DNA from: Podarcis bocagei
Lineage: Eukaryota
Assembly (NCBI GenBank): GCA_964188305.1
Contig: OZ076889.1
Reading direction: 5' to 3' (one strand)
Length of the DNA: 64,000 nucleotides
Shown: positions 9,914 through 22,820 of the stretch, in pieces
Layout of the letters: each line of letters opens with the position of its first letter
How positions within the stretch are numbered: position 1 is the first letter of the stretch
The notes under the pieces: model-generated
Told to the model about the DNA's origin: nothing
Database searches by the model: none
What the model saw: only the letters and a program-made list of their open reading frames with translations
Translations under genes and position numbers: made by a program

Positions 9914-12007
9914 AAATGAGATGAAATTGCTATATTAAAAAAAATCTAAATATTCAAAGTGGAGAATATTTAACACAGACCTAGATATAACTGTCTTGTT
10001 TATTCACTATGACCCTTAACATGTCAATGCTTCTGCCCACCCTAGTATGTGAGTAATCTGATAAGCAAATATGCTTTAATTTGCACACATTTCCACATAC
10101 ATGCACGCATGCACAGAAAACAGTGCCCAAATGTGTCCCTTCTCTTCCACCACCTCAGATTCTGCATGCCCAAAATGATTAAATATATCAGGAACATGTT
10201 GTTGTTATTGTTGTTGTTGTCAGTTCATCCACAATCTGGCACTTTCAGCACAGAAACCCCTGTTGACTGAAAATAAGCATCTCTAAATAGTTTTTATAAG
10301 CCTTTGGCCGAGAAAAAGCTAGAGTGGCAAGATCATGGTTTCAAAAAGAAATGAAGGAAAACTGAGGTTCTGTGCTCTGAAACAAGGATTCCTGTTACAT
10401 TCTTTAGGTTCTTTGGGGGGGGGGAGGTCCATCATTTACACGAAGACATCTGGAAACCCTAATTATTGCCCAGTCAGAGTGATTCTATGTGTAAAGTTTT
10501 CCATAGAATACGAAGAATTCAGAGACAGCTTGACAGGACCCACCAGAGTATTTAAGCATATTTTCTATTCGTTTAAGTTCACAAGCAGCCCCAGAGGAGA
10601 GAACAGAACTACTCATGTGCTTAAATGTAAGTGCCTGATTAACAGACTTACTCAATCACAGCCTAAATACAGTTCCAGTTGATTTTATCACTTTGAAAGG
10701 AAGCAGCCTAATTCTTTCCAATCAATGGTTAAAACAAACATTAGTGTCTAGATTTCTAATGAACTCTATGCATTCCCACCTGCACCCCCCCCCCAATCTT
10801 CTGACTTTCTAGCTGATCTGATGATTGAAATATTGTTTAGCATCAAAACAAAAACTTATTGGTGGTGGTAGGAAGAGTGTGTTGTCTTCATGGAGGATAA
10901 AATATTTTTTGCAGATTGTCGTGAGGGGGGGGGGAAAGCAGCAGAAAATAATATTTTGCTCATGCCAAAAATAGGAACATCCCCACACACCAGAAGCTGA
11001 CACCTGTTGGAAGCTGAATTCCAATCTGAAGTCTGCTTCTGGGCTGAAAATTATGCATCAAGATAACTATAAATAGGATTTTTTTTCACAGCTGTCTACA
11101 ACGGGGGAAAATCTGTTAAGAAGAGAAATTACAGATGTCTATTATCCATTATTTAAATGGATTCAAGCTGGAATTACAAATTTGCTATCTTCAAAAATAT
11201 CAATTTGCATGTTGGAGCTGATGGACAAATAATATAATAATGAAAGGAAGGAAAGATGTTCTGGCGGCTTGTGGTCCAGTCATGGGAGCTGATGCATGTA
11301 CATCACAGCCCAGAGATTGCATTGGTACTATTATCCTGACACTAGTCTAACATTATGACCAGGCCCATGATGCTGGTGTAGTAGCAAAACATCACATCAA
11401 CATCACTTTGGTGTTTGCCTCCCCACTTTGCTCAGAAAGAAAAGTGTCCAAGGGGGGGGGGCACTTGAAGAGCAGCAGAGATAAGTTACACGCACATAGG
11501 ATATAGATACAGAATACTGCCATTCATATCATTCCCACATCCAACCCCTGCCCTATATGCTTCCTAGAAGCAACAGAAGACTGGTATCTCACCTTCAAAC
11601 AGTTCTCCATGGCGTAGCCCTCTAGGTTAGGTGCTGATTTGATGGGAAAGTTCAACACACCATTGATCCCCTTCACAACACACCCAAACAGCATGGGATT
11701 GCACCACAGGGAAGTGACCCCACATGTGTGGTGTGGGGGGGGGGAGGGAGTTCCCAGAGAATGAATTCCGCCTTGTAGCCATACCCAAATAATCATTTTT
11801 CTTTTGCTAGTTGTACTGTGATAGCTGGTGCAGTACAAAATTGCCTTCATTGCTACAGATACTGTGTATTAATGTGATCAGGATGCCAGCCCATATTCAT
11901 AATGATCCTTAGTATGAGGCTATCATCTCACAGGACATTGCTTTGTATCTGTTTGATACGTTTGTTTACAATCTGTTCTCAGAAAGCAATGTGAAAGGAG
12001 GACGAGG

Positions 12008-12188
12008 GCTGGTGTGTGCTTTAGTGGTTACAGTGGTTTGAGTTTGGAAATGCAGGTTCAAATCCTTACTCAGTCCTGAAGCTCATTGGGTGACCTTAAC
12101 CTAGGCCACAGGCATACCATGAGAATAAAAGAGATAGCTCTGTGTGTTCACAATGCACTACCTGGAAGACGAGTGGAATACAAATATA
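12008..12188 (+). mobile_element. Degenerate tRNA-derived CORE/MIR-like SINE
   Basis: A-box-like tagtggtta, B-box ggttcaaatcc, then tgaagctca.tgggtgacctt. Confidence 0.65.
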
Positions 12189-12363
12189 CAAGATTCACAT
12201 AAAACTGGATAGGTCCCCTGAATATGACAAATGGGTGTGCCGATACATTTTTAACTGTAATTCATTATACTGTAGTTTATATTGTTGTGACCCACCTTGG
12301 ATGATGAGAGGAGGGATACCAATCTCATAAATAAACAAGTAAGTAAACTCAATTGTCTATTAA

Positions 12364-12450
12364 GACTGCAAAACTATGCAAACGTATTTGAGAGGAAGGT
12401 TCATTGAACTCAGAGGAAAGTACATCCCAGCAAATATGCACAGGATTGAG
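12364..12450. repeat. Short (~90 bp) palindromic interspersed repeat, old
   Basis: Consensus-like ctgcaatcctatgca...ataggattgcag; other copies near 23370-23445, 32345-32560, 40222-40310, 59900-59962 and 61150-61200. Confidence 0.55.
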
Positions 12451-13140
12451 ATACCTTGTAAAATTGTCTGTGCTGAGCTTGCTAAATCATAGCATAAAAA
12501 AGATCATCTGCTGTGCATACTTTGCTGCTCGTTTGCATACTAATTAAAATAACTGTGCTAATGAGCTGCTAAATTGCTCAGATAAACAATCTTGCAAGCA
12601 GACCCTTCAAGACCTTAAAGCTAAGCTACGTCACTCATCAAGTTTAGCAAAGTTTCTTAATTACTTCTTACTTAGCCCATTTGTCATTGGGCTGAGTGGC
12701 AGCTGCAGCTAAAATGAATTGCTGATAAACACATTTGAATAGTGTTCCAATCTAACATGTTGGCTTTTAAGCACAAATTTAGGAATATGATCTGAACCGA
12801 TGCCCCTTATTTTCTTGGTTTTATTATAGGGCTGTGCACAGTGCTCACTTGAAAGAAAGAAAGAACCCTTTGGGGTGAAATGGGGCTTTGGGAACCAAAA
12901 TCTCATTCACCTTTTTGGTATTCCCAAACTGTCTATTCTGCTATTTCAGGGCTCCCCACTCTAGCTGCCTCCCTTTCCCAACTGATCAAAGCCAACCAGC
13001 AATCATAGAAATAGAATGGCTTCACAATACAACATAGCCAATAATTGCTGGTAATGTGTCAGATCAAGAAGACCATACAGAGTGAGGGCAATGTTTCAAG
13101 GCTACACTCGGAACAGGTAAATGCTCAGTAAAAAGGGGAA

Positions 13141-13223
13141 ATAAGTTCAGTCGGTAGAGCATGAGCCTCTTAACCTCAAGCCTGCATTGCAGGGATGTGG
13201 ACTCCAGTTCTACAATTTTATGA
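13141..13223 (+). mobile_element. tRNA-Lys-derived SINE remnant with CR1-type 3' tail
   Basis: TCAGTCGGTAGAGCATGAGcCTCTTAAcCTCA matches the vertebrate tRNA-Lys(CTT) 5' half, joined directly to cctgcattgcaggg..tggact (CR1 3' end). T-arm missing, so not a tRNA gene. Confidence 0.7.
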
Positions 13224-15959
13224 GCCCATGTTTCTATGAAATGCACCGCCTGCTTCCCCCCCCCCCTCTTATTTTAGATGAAATACTGGGGATTTCCTAG
13301 ACAAAATTCAACAAGGAAGCTGTCCAGCGTATGTCTATGGCCTTGCACAGTTTCCATTCATTTCAACTGGAGAATTTGTAGCAGGAGAATTTTCCAGTGA
13401 ATTGTTCCCAAGATGTGTTATTTTTTTTGGGGGGGGGGGATTTTCCAAATTGGCAGGAATGCAAATTTGGCCTTGGGTGAACAAACATCACAAAATTAAT
13501 GCACTAGGGAGAATGATTTCCTTTGAAGAAAGAAAATGAAATCACGGTGAAAGAAGGCTTCACTCTGTAATAATATTTGCCACTTAGGAAAAGAAGAAAA
13601 TCTCTCAATTAATAAGATTCAACTCTAGAAGGCATTTTTCCCTGAAAGTGTTCTCACTGCTAGCAAGACAAATCCCAAAGCTTAACTCAATGAGTCAGTA
13701 CAAAAGTAGTTTATTTTACTTCAGCTTTGCCTACTGGGTCTGTATCTCACACTACTTAACGTTTGTCCTAAAATTACAGGGGATGACTACATTTGGCAAG
13801 CTCTGTCTTTGAATTTATTGTTTCCAATGCTGTTTCTGAGAAGTATTTCTCAATCAGACCTTCAGAATTACAAGAGCACAGGAGGAGGCATTATGGTGTA
13901 CAAAAATGTGTATATTAGGAGAACTGTCCACAAATATGTGTATTTTTTGGTGGAATTAACACACACATGCACCTCAGTTGTGGTTCATATTACAAATGCA
14001 GCAAGCTGGCCATGCTCAGGTGTATTTTGCATTATGTGTTCTTCTCCAGCTTAAAATGTATCCTGCACAAGCAGAATCAAGCTCTTTATTTTCAGTGAAC
14101 CACTCATTGATGGCTTTGAACTGCCTGTCCATCCTTTGGGTCGATTCTCTTTATTGTTCTTCACCAGCATTTCATGTGGTAGTTTTTCCTATTTACTCTT
14201 GTTCCTGGGCATGTTTCTTTTGGGGGCAGGAGATGCCTAAATTTCATGAACCCCTCCTTTATAGCTGCTAGTAGGAACAAGCCATTCTTAGGGGGCAGCA
14301 GAATAAGGTGTATGTGCAGAAGACCACCAATATAGTAAGTTAGAAAATAATGAGGCTCTGATTCAGCTTGGGGCACTTAATAAAGCAGTTCAACTGGGGG
14401 AGTGATAAAAACCAAAGCAGGTTCTGAACTGAACTGAACTGAGGAGGTCTACTTATCAATGGAGTACATCAGATGCTTCTACTGCTTCCAGTTTTCCACT
14501 CTGCATGCATTTTACTTGCTTTGGTTGTCCCTTTAACATTTTCTTTGAATTAATTCCCTGGCCTGCTGGCATGCAATCTATGCACTTGCAATGCATATGG
14601 TAGGGCAATCATGTGCAGCTAGCTGGGTGCATGTTCAGTGCTTACTGTGCGCTCACTGTGAATCATCCTTAACTTTGATAATTGTAGAATATTAACATAT
14701 TCTTCAGCAGTGAATTTGTAGATGCAAAATACTATATACAATACTTGTTCAACATCAGTATCCTACTGACTGGATTAACTATGTAGATTAGATATAAAAC
14801 AACCTAAATCTCTGAATGCTATAAGGGAAAATGAGAAATTGTGCTGTATTCAGAGTTGATATTTTGATCATGAAACTCTTCTAAATTGCCAGTTTAAGAT
14901 CCTTAACAAATATTACCTTTTGAGAGATTACAGAAACATCTGGAGCATCAGGAAGGACTAGCAAATGGATTACGAAATAAACAAAGCTCAAGCAGCAAAA
15001 CAACAATAACATCTCCTGAGCTTTCCTCAGCTAAGAAATTTATGCAAACTGAGAAGAATGAAGTCCTTTAAGGAGACAACTTAAATATTCAATGCAAACA
15101 GAAACTAGAGTGGAATTCAGTCAGAGTTGAACGCAAGTCCTAGTGATTTCAGTAATGGAGTTCAGCATGCTGTTTCCCTCTGAAATCAATAGATGCAAAA
15201 GTCCAGGAACGATCACTAGCTTATTTGCTTTCCTCTTTGACTCTTTAGAATGAGAACTTCCGAGGCCTCTTTCAATGCTAGCACTTAGTTCTGGAGTAGT
15301 AGTAGTAATGGAAGTAGTAACGGAGGTAGTAAAAAGAAGAGGGGCTGCAACAATTAGCAGACTTCCATGATTTCCAGATTGAGCCTGGACAATTGTGAGA
15401 ATCCTTCACCAATTACCAATTAATATGGTAAACTAAGTTGAGACAGACAATTTGAAGGCAAACCAGCGGTTAACGTCAGTTTCACAATTTTTAAGGCTCT
15501 GGGCAAAACTTCACAAGCGTGTGTTAAGTGTGCTTGTGGAAAGAAGATCTTCCTGAAACGGAGGAGCATTGAAATAACTTCTGCCTAATCCCTTCTGGGA
15601 GAAAGCATTGTCACACCTTCTTGCTGGACAGAGGCGAGTGAAACAGCAAAGATCCTTGTTACCTGGATCTCCTGCCATTGCTTTTCTTATTTCTTTCTGT
15701 GGAGAGAAATGTGTGAAGTTTTATGGTCAGGATGTGTATGAATTTGTCAGTATCACTTCCTTTCCCTTCCTAGGACAAGATGCTGTAATAGGGATAACAT
15801 TTGGTACATTGGGTGAGATACTAAAGAGGTGGGTGATACTAATGTTTATAATAATTTTTACTCCTATTATTGTTAGAGAATTGAGGAAAATAAGGGGGAT
15901 TTTATTGCCTGAACTATTAGAAAATTGGAAAAAGTGTTTTGTATACCATCTTGTTATGT

Positions 15960-16525
15960 CAGGGGTCGGCAAATTAAGGTCTGCGGGTCAGATCAGGCTC
16001 AATAGCCTTCAGGATCCGGCCCGCAGACTGTCCATGGATCCACATGTGGATTCTGTTCGTTCGAGCTGTGCCATTTCCGCCCCTGTGCCATTCAATTCCC
16101 TCCCTCCCTCACAAAGGAGGTGGCACCTCCTCCTCCCTCCCTCCTCCTGGCTTCTCCCCACTCTGCCTAGAGGAGGAAGGGGGCTGGGCTGAGCTGGCTG
16201 AGTGCCATTTTAAGCAGCCCTTCTCTGGAGCCAGCTTTTTCGCGCCGCTCATCTTCCCTCTGCCACCGCCGCCCTGGTGCTCCTGTGGGCCCAAGAGTGG
16301 AGCTGGCAAACTCGCTCTGCCTACCCACGAGAAGCAGCAGCGGTGGTGGCAGAGGCGGTGGCGGTTGGCAGCGGCAGCCCCTGGGAAGGTAAGTGCAGCG
16401 GCTGGGGCTGGGGGGTGGGGAGGACTACTTGCCCCCCTCGCCTCGTCTTCCAGCTGCCCCCCCCCGGTGCCAATTCTCAGGCCCGCCACAAGGTCTGAGG
16501 GACTAAAAAAAATTGCCAACCCCTG
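15960..16525. mobile_element. hAT (Charlie-like) non-autonomous element, 566 bp, GC-rich
   Basis: TIR CAGGGGTCGGCAA / TTGCCAACCCCTG; perfect 8-bp TSD TGTTATGT at 15952-15959 and 16526-16533. Confidence 0.93.
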
Positions 16526-16635
16526 TGTTATGTGAAAAGGAGAGAAAAAATTATGGATATTTTCAAGTCCCCATTTTAGTCAACTGGAGCAAAGCTAAGC
16601 TTTAGATTTAACTATTTAGATTTGAATCCTATTTA

Positions 16636-17062
16636 GAATTTACTCGAGTCTAAAGGGACGCGGGTGGCGCTGGGGATTAAACCACAGAGCCTAGGACTTG
16701 CTGATCAGAAGGTCGGCGGTTTGAATCCCTGTGACAGGGTGAGCTCCCGTTGCTCGGTCCCTGTTCCTGCCAACCTAGCAGTTCAAAAGCACGTCAAAGT
16801 GCAAGTAGATAAATAGGTACCACTCCGGCGGGAAGGTAAACAGCGTTTCCGTGCATTGCTCTGATTTGCCAGAAGCTGGACGCTGGCTCCCTCGGCCAAT
16901 AAAGCGAGATGAGCGCTGCAACCCCAGAGTCGGCCACGACTGGACCTAATGGTCAGGGGTCCCTTTACCTTTACCTAATGCGCCATCAAATCTATTGTGC
17001 ACCCAATTTTTCACAGCACAATTTGGCAAAAAAAGGTGCACATTAGACTAAAGTAAATACGG
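16636..17062. mobile_element. Small Tc1/mariner/pogo-type MITE interrupted by a SINE
   Basis: Removing 16655-16978 restores ATTTACTCGAGTCTAA(A)TGCGC, the inverted counterpart of GCACATTAGACTAAAGTAAATACGG at the right end. Confidence 0.7.
16655..16975 (+). mobile_element. Sauria SINE, near full length
   Basis: tRNA-like head (GGTGGCGCTG A box; GGTTTGAATCC B box), body GTGCAAGTAGATAAATAGGTACC, Bov-B-like 3' segment and CCTTTACCTTTACC tail; short TSD ctaa. Confidence 0.95.
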
Positions 17063-18174
17063 TTATAAATTGAATTGGAATGATACAAATAGGATCCAAA
17101 ACAGACTGGGCTACTTACAGATACTACTGATATGTAGCAAATCTTGTGGTGCCCTAAGAAGTACATATGGCTAAAGAAATAACACATTCAGAGAGAAAGA
17201 CATGTGGATGAGGCCAAGAGAGAAAATGGGAGGAAATTGTGCTAATGTGAAAAGAGTTATTGACACAATTCACATGAATGCTACTGAAACAAGAACCAGT
17301 TTAAGCCTCAAGTGTGAAAATGGCCTTTTAAAGATTTTTCTCTGCCATTTGATTTTTTTATGCCTGTTGCCCTTATGAATAATGCCTTATTAATATTGTT
17401 TTATTGATTTGCTGTTAGTGTTTGTACATTGTAACATGTTGTTTTGTTTTAATGGAAGCCACTCTTGAGTGCTTTTGAGGGTAGAAGAAGGGCAGAGTTT
17501 AAGGTTTGAAATAAATAAATAATGAGCTTTAGACACTTTTTTTATTAAAAAGAATACCACCTGAAAGGTGAACTTCAAAGTGTTTAAACTACTTGAATGT
17601 CAGATTTAACAGGTTGCCAACAACTGGCTTTCAATATACTAAGGGCTGGTGATGTTTCAAGATATTCTGTAGGATAAAACATCTTGGATATCTATAAAAC
17701 TCATTCTGAACAAGATGACAGAAGTAAAATCTGATGGGGCAGTGCTGCAATGAGAAGATAATGGTGAATTTCTAGCCAATGGTGGGGAAGTGGTGTCCTC
17801 CTGACAGGCATGGGGAAGGTCGAAGTAGTTTGTGGAAAAGGCCTTGCATGGGCCACAGATTTCTCACCACTGCTCTGCACTTTTGTTCTCACATATCTAG
17901 GCTGAATGCCTAAAGAGGGCTAGCATCTCAAGGCCATGATGGAACACAACAGGATGCACTATCAAATTGGTGATCAGATAGAACATGGGCTAGAGCAGGA
18001 GGCAGGGCTGTTCTGTGTATGAAGTAAGCCCTGTTAGGCCAACAAAGAAAGAGGAGAACAGAAAGCACAAGGAATGGTTCAGGAAGGATGCTGAAAGGTA
18101 TTGGGGAGGTTCCTGGGAAGGCAGAGCTGCCTCAGCTCAAGAGAGAAGCTGAGGCTCTCAGACAATCCCATAGC

Positions 18175-18306
18175 CCAGGGATGGGGTAGCTATGGACCTT
18201 CGGACGTTGTTGGACTATATCTTCCATCAGCCCCAGCCAGCATTGTCAATGGCCAGGGATGATTGTAGTTTGCAACATCTGGACGGCCACAGGTTGCCCA
18301 GCCTTG
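18175..18306. mobile_element. Degenerate palindromic hAT MITE
   Basis: Diverged relative of the 3127 family (ttggacta...catc...caacatctgga). Other remnants near 390-455, 25160-25290, 32090-32175, 40002-40135, 50605-50715 and 54935-55000. Confidence 0.7.
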
Positions 18307-18621
18307 GCACAGCAAGATGGAGAAAAGGAGTGTGTGGTTTTCTTCTGCTCTAACCTCAGCAAATGGTCTTGGTCCACAGTAAAGGATACCTCAAACCCTA
18401 CTTGTTAAATAACTGGTTTGTAGAGGTCCAATAGAGTTCATATAGTGCTAGGCAGATTGGTTCCTAGACACACAGAATAAGTAGTATAATCCCCAGAGAC
18501 CTAAGGGGGATTCAAGTAATCCTCTCCTATCCCAGATCTACCCTTGTCATTAGAGACCTAAGTAACCTCTGTGGCACTACCAATTTTTGTTGGTCTGCCA
18601 GCTATGCCCACTCCTGGCCAG

Positions 18622-19087
18622 TGATACCCTATGCACTGGTAACTTCATACTTAGATTGCTGCAATGTGTTCTATGTGGGACTGCCATTGTGCTTTGCTCA
18701 GATGCAGCGACTAATGCAGAATGCTACAGCTAGAGTAGCGAATGATACATCTCATGTACACATTATACCAACAATTAAGGACCTGCACCGGCTGCCTATC
18801 TGCTACTGAGCCAAGTTCATATAAACAACTTGGGATTAGAATCCCTAGCAGACTGCTTTCCCTGCTACAAGTCAAATCAGCTTTTTCAATCTGCAGGGCA
18901 AGCCCTACCAACCATACTGAGAGACAGTAAATTGTCATCTGGAAATCTCAAGGAAACAGACCTTCTTAGCTGTATCACCAGCCCTCTGCAATGCCCTCTC
19001 AAATGAGATTCAGGCAGCCTCATCAATTGGATGTTTTAAATGCTTGTTAAAAGCCCATCTGTTTGTTCAAGCCTATTCTGATTTTTA
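18622..19087 (+). mobile_element. L2 LINE ORF2 C-terminal fragment, degenerate
   Basis: IPYALVTSYLDCCNVFYVGLP...LMQNATARV...HIIPTIKDLHRLPI matches the L2 motif HALVTSRLDYCN...LQNAAAR...HITP.L..LHWLP. Confidence 0.88.
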
Positions 19088-19220
19088 GAAGGGTTATCCT
19101 GTTCAGTGGTTGATTCTGGTTTTTTTTAAAAAACAATTGGGTTTTATAATGTACCGTATTTCTTGTATTTGGATTTTTGTACGTATTATTGTGATATGCT
19201 GCAAACCACTGAGTGATCCT

Positions 19221-19454
19221 GGGTTGTATTCAGCGTAACAGTAAGCAAACCATTCCTTCAACACAAGGATTTCTTCTTGTGCAATGGAATTTTCTCCCTG
19301 CTCCTCCTCTAAATCTGTCCCAGGGATTCCCTCAACCTTGCAGAGCTGATTTGAGGGTGGCCTGGGGTGCAAGCAGGAGGAGGAGAGGGGGGGGGGAATC
19401 CTGTTGCACTAATGCTAATCCTTGGACCAGCACAACTATTTAGCTGAATAACTC
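19221..19454. mobile_element. Palindromic non-autonomous DNA element (GGGTTGTATTCA terminus)
   Basis: Starts GGGTTGTATTCA, ends TGAATAACTC; colinear relative at 37381-37736. Confidence 0.6.
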
Positions 19455-19777
19455 GCTTAGTTTTAAAATAATGTTAGCCCATACATAAATTCCCTAAGTA
19501 ATAAATACAGTGCACCTGCAACTTACACGAATTCAACCTTACACAGCCCATTCATAGGTTTTTGTGTTACAGAATAAGCTTCTTAAGCCCTCCACCTCAC
19601 TTACCATGCTCTGGGAAGATCATGGGAGGGCCCTGAGACACTCCCAAAGCCCTCGTGCCTTCTTCCCAGAGACTGGAATGGAAGGTGCCACCTCTCCCAG
19701 CACCTGGTATGCAGCTCTTCACCTTGCATGTGGACCCCCAGAACCAAACCCTCATGTGAGTGGTAGGCACACTGTAA

Positions 19778-20137
19778 ATCATAGACTCATAGAATTGCAG
19801 AGTTGGAAGGGATCCCAAGGCTCATTTAGTCCAACCCCCTGCAATGCAGAAATCTCAACTAAATCAGGCATGGCAGATGGCAGTCTAACCTCTGTGTAAA
19901 AAACCTCCAAGGAAGGAGAGTCTACCACCTCTCACAGGAGTCCATTCCTATTGTCAGAAAATTATTCCCAATGTTTTGTCGGAATCTCCTTTCTTGTAAC
20001 TTGAAGCCATTGGATCAGGACCTTGCCTCTGGAGCAGCAGAAAACAAGCTTGCTTCAGTTTCCATGTGACAGCCCTTTAGATATTTGAAGATGGCTATTA
20101 TATCTCCTCTCAGTCTCCTCTTTACCAGGCTAAACAT
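19778..20137 (-). mobile_element. CR1 LINE 3' end
   Basis: Reverse (ATTCTATG)n-like tail; translation MFSLVKRRLRGDIIAIFKYLKGCH matches the CR1 ORF2 C-terminal motif LFSLEKRRLRGD.I..FKYLKG. Confidence 0.92.
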
Positions 20138-20230
20138 AAGTAAACCCTGACTCTCCTGAATCATCTGGCAACAGATTAATTTCCTTCCCATAGGAGTCTG
20201 TTCCAAAGTTTCAAAACAAACAAACTAACC

Positions 20231-20366
20231 CAGTGATGGCCAAACTCGGCCCTCCAGCTGTTTTGGGACTACAGTTCTCATCATCCCTGACCACTGGTCC
20301 TGTTAGCTAGGGATGATGGGAGTTGTAGTCCCAGAACAGCTGGAGGGCCAAGTTTGGTTATCACTG
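20231..20366. mobile_element. Palindromic hAT-type MITE (variant TIR)
   Basis: CAGTGATGGCCAAACT / AGTTTGGTTATCACTG; interior nearly identical to the 3127 and 57792 copies; flanks share actaacc. Confidence 0.9.
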
Positions 20367-22820
20367 ATACTAACCCATGCTTGGACCAAATATTCTGCAA
20401 TATCTGACTGCAAGGCTGTGAAACAGTTGCCTGGGGAATTTGAGTGAACAAGGGGGGGGGGACAGGAGGAGCATATCTTTTAAAAGCAGCCAAGTCCCAT
20501 AAGTAAAGCTCTGCCTCCTGCTTTTCCTTGCCTGTGTTATGATCAGTGGGTACTTGGATTATTTCTTTGTAAAGTTATTCACTCAGGAGGGCCCAAGCAC
20601 TGGCTTCTCACACTGATAACAAACTCTAGCGAAGACCACAGCTGAATGTCGGCCCTTTCATGAAAGGTCATACAGTATCTATTGAGAGATGCTAACAAGA
20701 TGTTGCCCAAACAAATCAAAAGCACAGCTTACAGGAGGAAAGGGAGATCACAGTGGAAGGGCATGCATTGTATGCAATCTCTGTGGCAGCTTTACCCCAG
20801 CTCCCAAGGGCCTTTCCAACATACAAATGAGCCCTTCAGAATATTTAAGTACAACTGGATCTTCATGCCTAAGATTCACATTTCAAAAAACAGTGCCACG
20901 ACTGACAGAATTAATGGTCTCCATTCCAAAATAACACTTGCATGACTAGCATCCTTGCCTCTAAAGCTTAAGGGAGGGGCCCTAGGACCTAGGCTGCCAG
21001 CATCACCACCACTCTGTATCAATCACAGGTCTTGCAAATGATCCCTGTGCTCCAAGGGAAACACCTAAGTTGTAGTAACAGCCCCGCCTGAGTACTTCAT
21101 CAGATGATTTTCAAGACCCAGGCTCTGACCACCAGGTCCCAAAAAGTCCTGGAACTTGGTCATCAGAGAGCACTTTGCCAGCCTAGACTTCTGTATCTTT
21201 CTCCTGAACTGCTACTCGTTTCACAACTCAACACTATGCCCGGACAGCACAACCTGCCTCAAGGCCCCTGAATCTTCACTTGCAACTTGACACTTCTTGT
21301 CTGCCTCTGGGTAAGGGGATTCAATTCATTTCTCATTTAAAAGGGCAGAGCACCAAATGGGAAGAAGAATAAGGTAGACATCTCCTGGATGTGAAGTTCC
21401 ATATGTTTATTAGCCCCACATAACACCTCAAAAATAAACCAAAGACTTTTGTACAGCAGATATTAATATCTAATAATGAAATCAATGAAAGTCAATTGTG
21501 TTTGCCCCTGTCATTGTTTATGAGAGTCATAACAATATGTTATGGTAGCCCCACCACTAACAAAATAAGGCTGTTTTGCAATGCTCAGGGGAATAGGCTA
21601 CCAACAGAGTGTTGTTATTGGAAGATGTCCAATAACCAGCCTGGACATAGGCCATTCACCTCATCATCTTCATCATCATAATTTTATTCGTATGCTGCCT
21701 TTCCATAGTTGAAACTATGCTCAAGGTGGCTTACAACCTGACAAGATTTACATAGTTACAAACATAACAAAAGTCATAAACAATAAATTAAACACATCAA
21801 AATGTACACAACCAAATGGAAACCATTTCCACACAAATTGTAAGATCTAAAACTAAAGATACAATAGTAATATCAATAACAGCAACAGCTCTCTCAACCC
21901 CCCGTAAACAATACTCCAGCCCAAGAATCTGTTCAACAGCTTCAGCCTTTGTAGCTGGAGTCAGTCAGCACTCCACTCTCCCAGGCCAGTTGGGAACGGG
22001 CCAGCAAGGCAGGGTGCAGGTCTTCCTGGGCTCATAGCCAATATGCTCTCATTTAAAACAACACAGATAAAAATTAAAACAATTTAAAAGCAGCTGCAGT
22101 CCTTGTAAAGCCTGTCAAGCCCCACCCCAAGCCAGGTGGAAAGAGGCAAGGGGGGGGTCCATCAGGCCCTCAGCAGGCAGCCCTCCTGGGCAGCAACAGC
22201 AGCAGCAGTCCTTAAGAACTGGTCAGGCCCCTCAAACTGCACTTAGAAACTAACTAGGAGCTGATGAAGTTTCTAGGGCACAGATGAAGAATGTTCATTG
22301 CCTAACTAGTTCCAGTCCAAAAACTGGACTCAGAATTTTGCTCTGCTTGTATGCTGCCTCTGTGCCTACTTCATTATTAAGATGATAGAACTTTAATGAA
22401 TAAATAAATTATACAAATTATTGACTCTTGATCCATCCGTACCTTGGGCCCATCCTATGTTATTAATATGCAAGAAAATGGATTTTATAATGAAAGGCTT
22501 AAATGAGAACGGGCCCTGTTCTTCATTGTATAGGTGGCCCACTTAAGGCTAATGGGAACCATCACCTCAGGAATCTGGAAGCTATTCCTCAGCTAGGATG
22601 TATTGGCTTCTGACAAGGGCAGTTCCATCCAGTAAGCAGCCCACATCAGCTGAGTGTGTGACTATGATTGCTGAGACACAGTCTTGGCCAGTGATGCCAA
22701 TGGAGAACTGCCTGGTCCAGAAGAACCGTCATTCTATCCCATTCAGAACCTTGGGGTTCTTTCTAAACAATAGTATACTGAAAGCCGTATTAGGATGAAT
22801 GTCTTTGTTCAGTGATCCCT

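Noticed and set aside
13141-13180. tRNA-Lys gene
   Set aside because: No T-arm/B box or acceptor stem; fused to a CR1 tail.
15608-16535. ORFs of 194, 163 and 136 aa
   Set aside because: They cross or lie within a TSD-flanked GC-rich MITE and have no transposase or other motifs.
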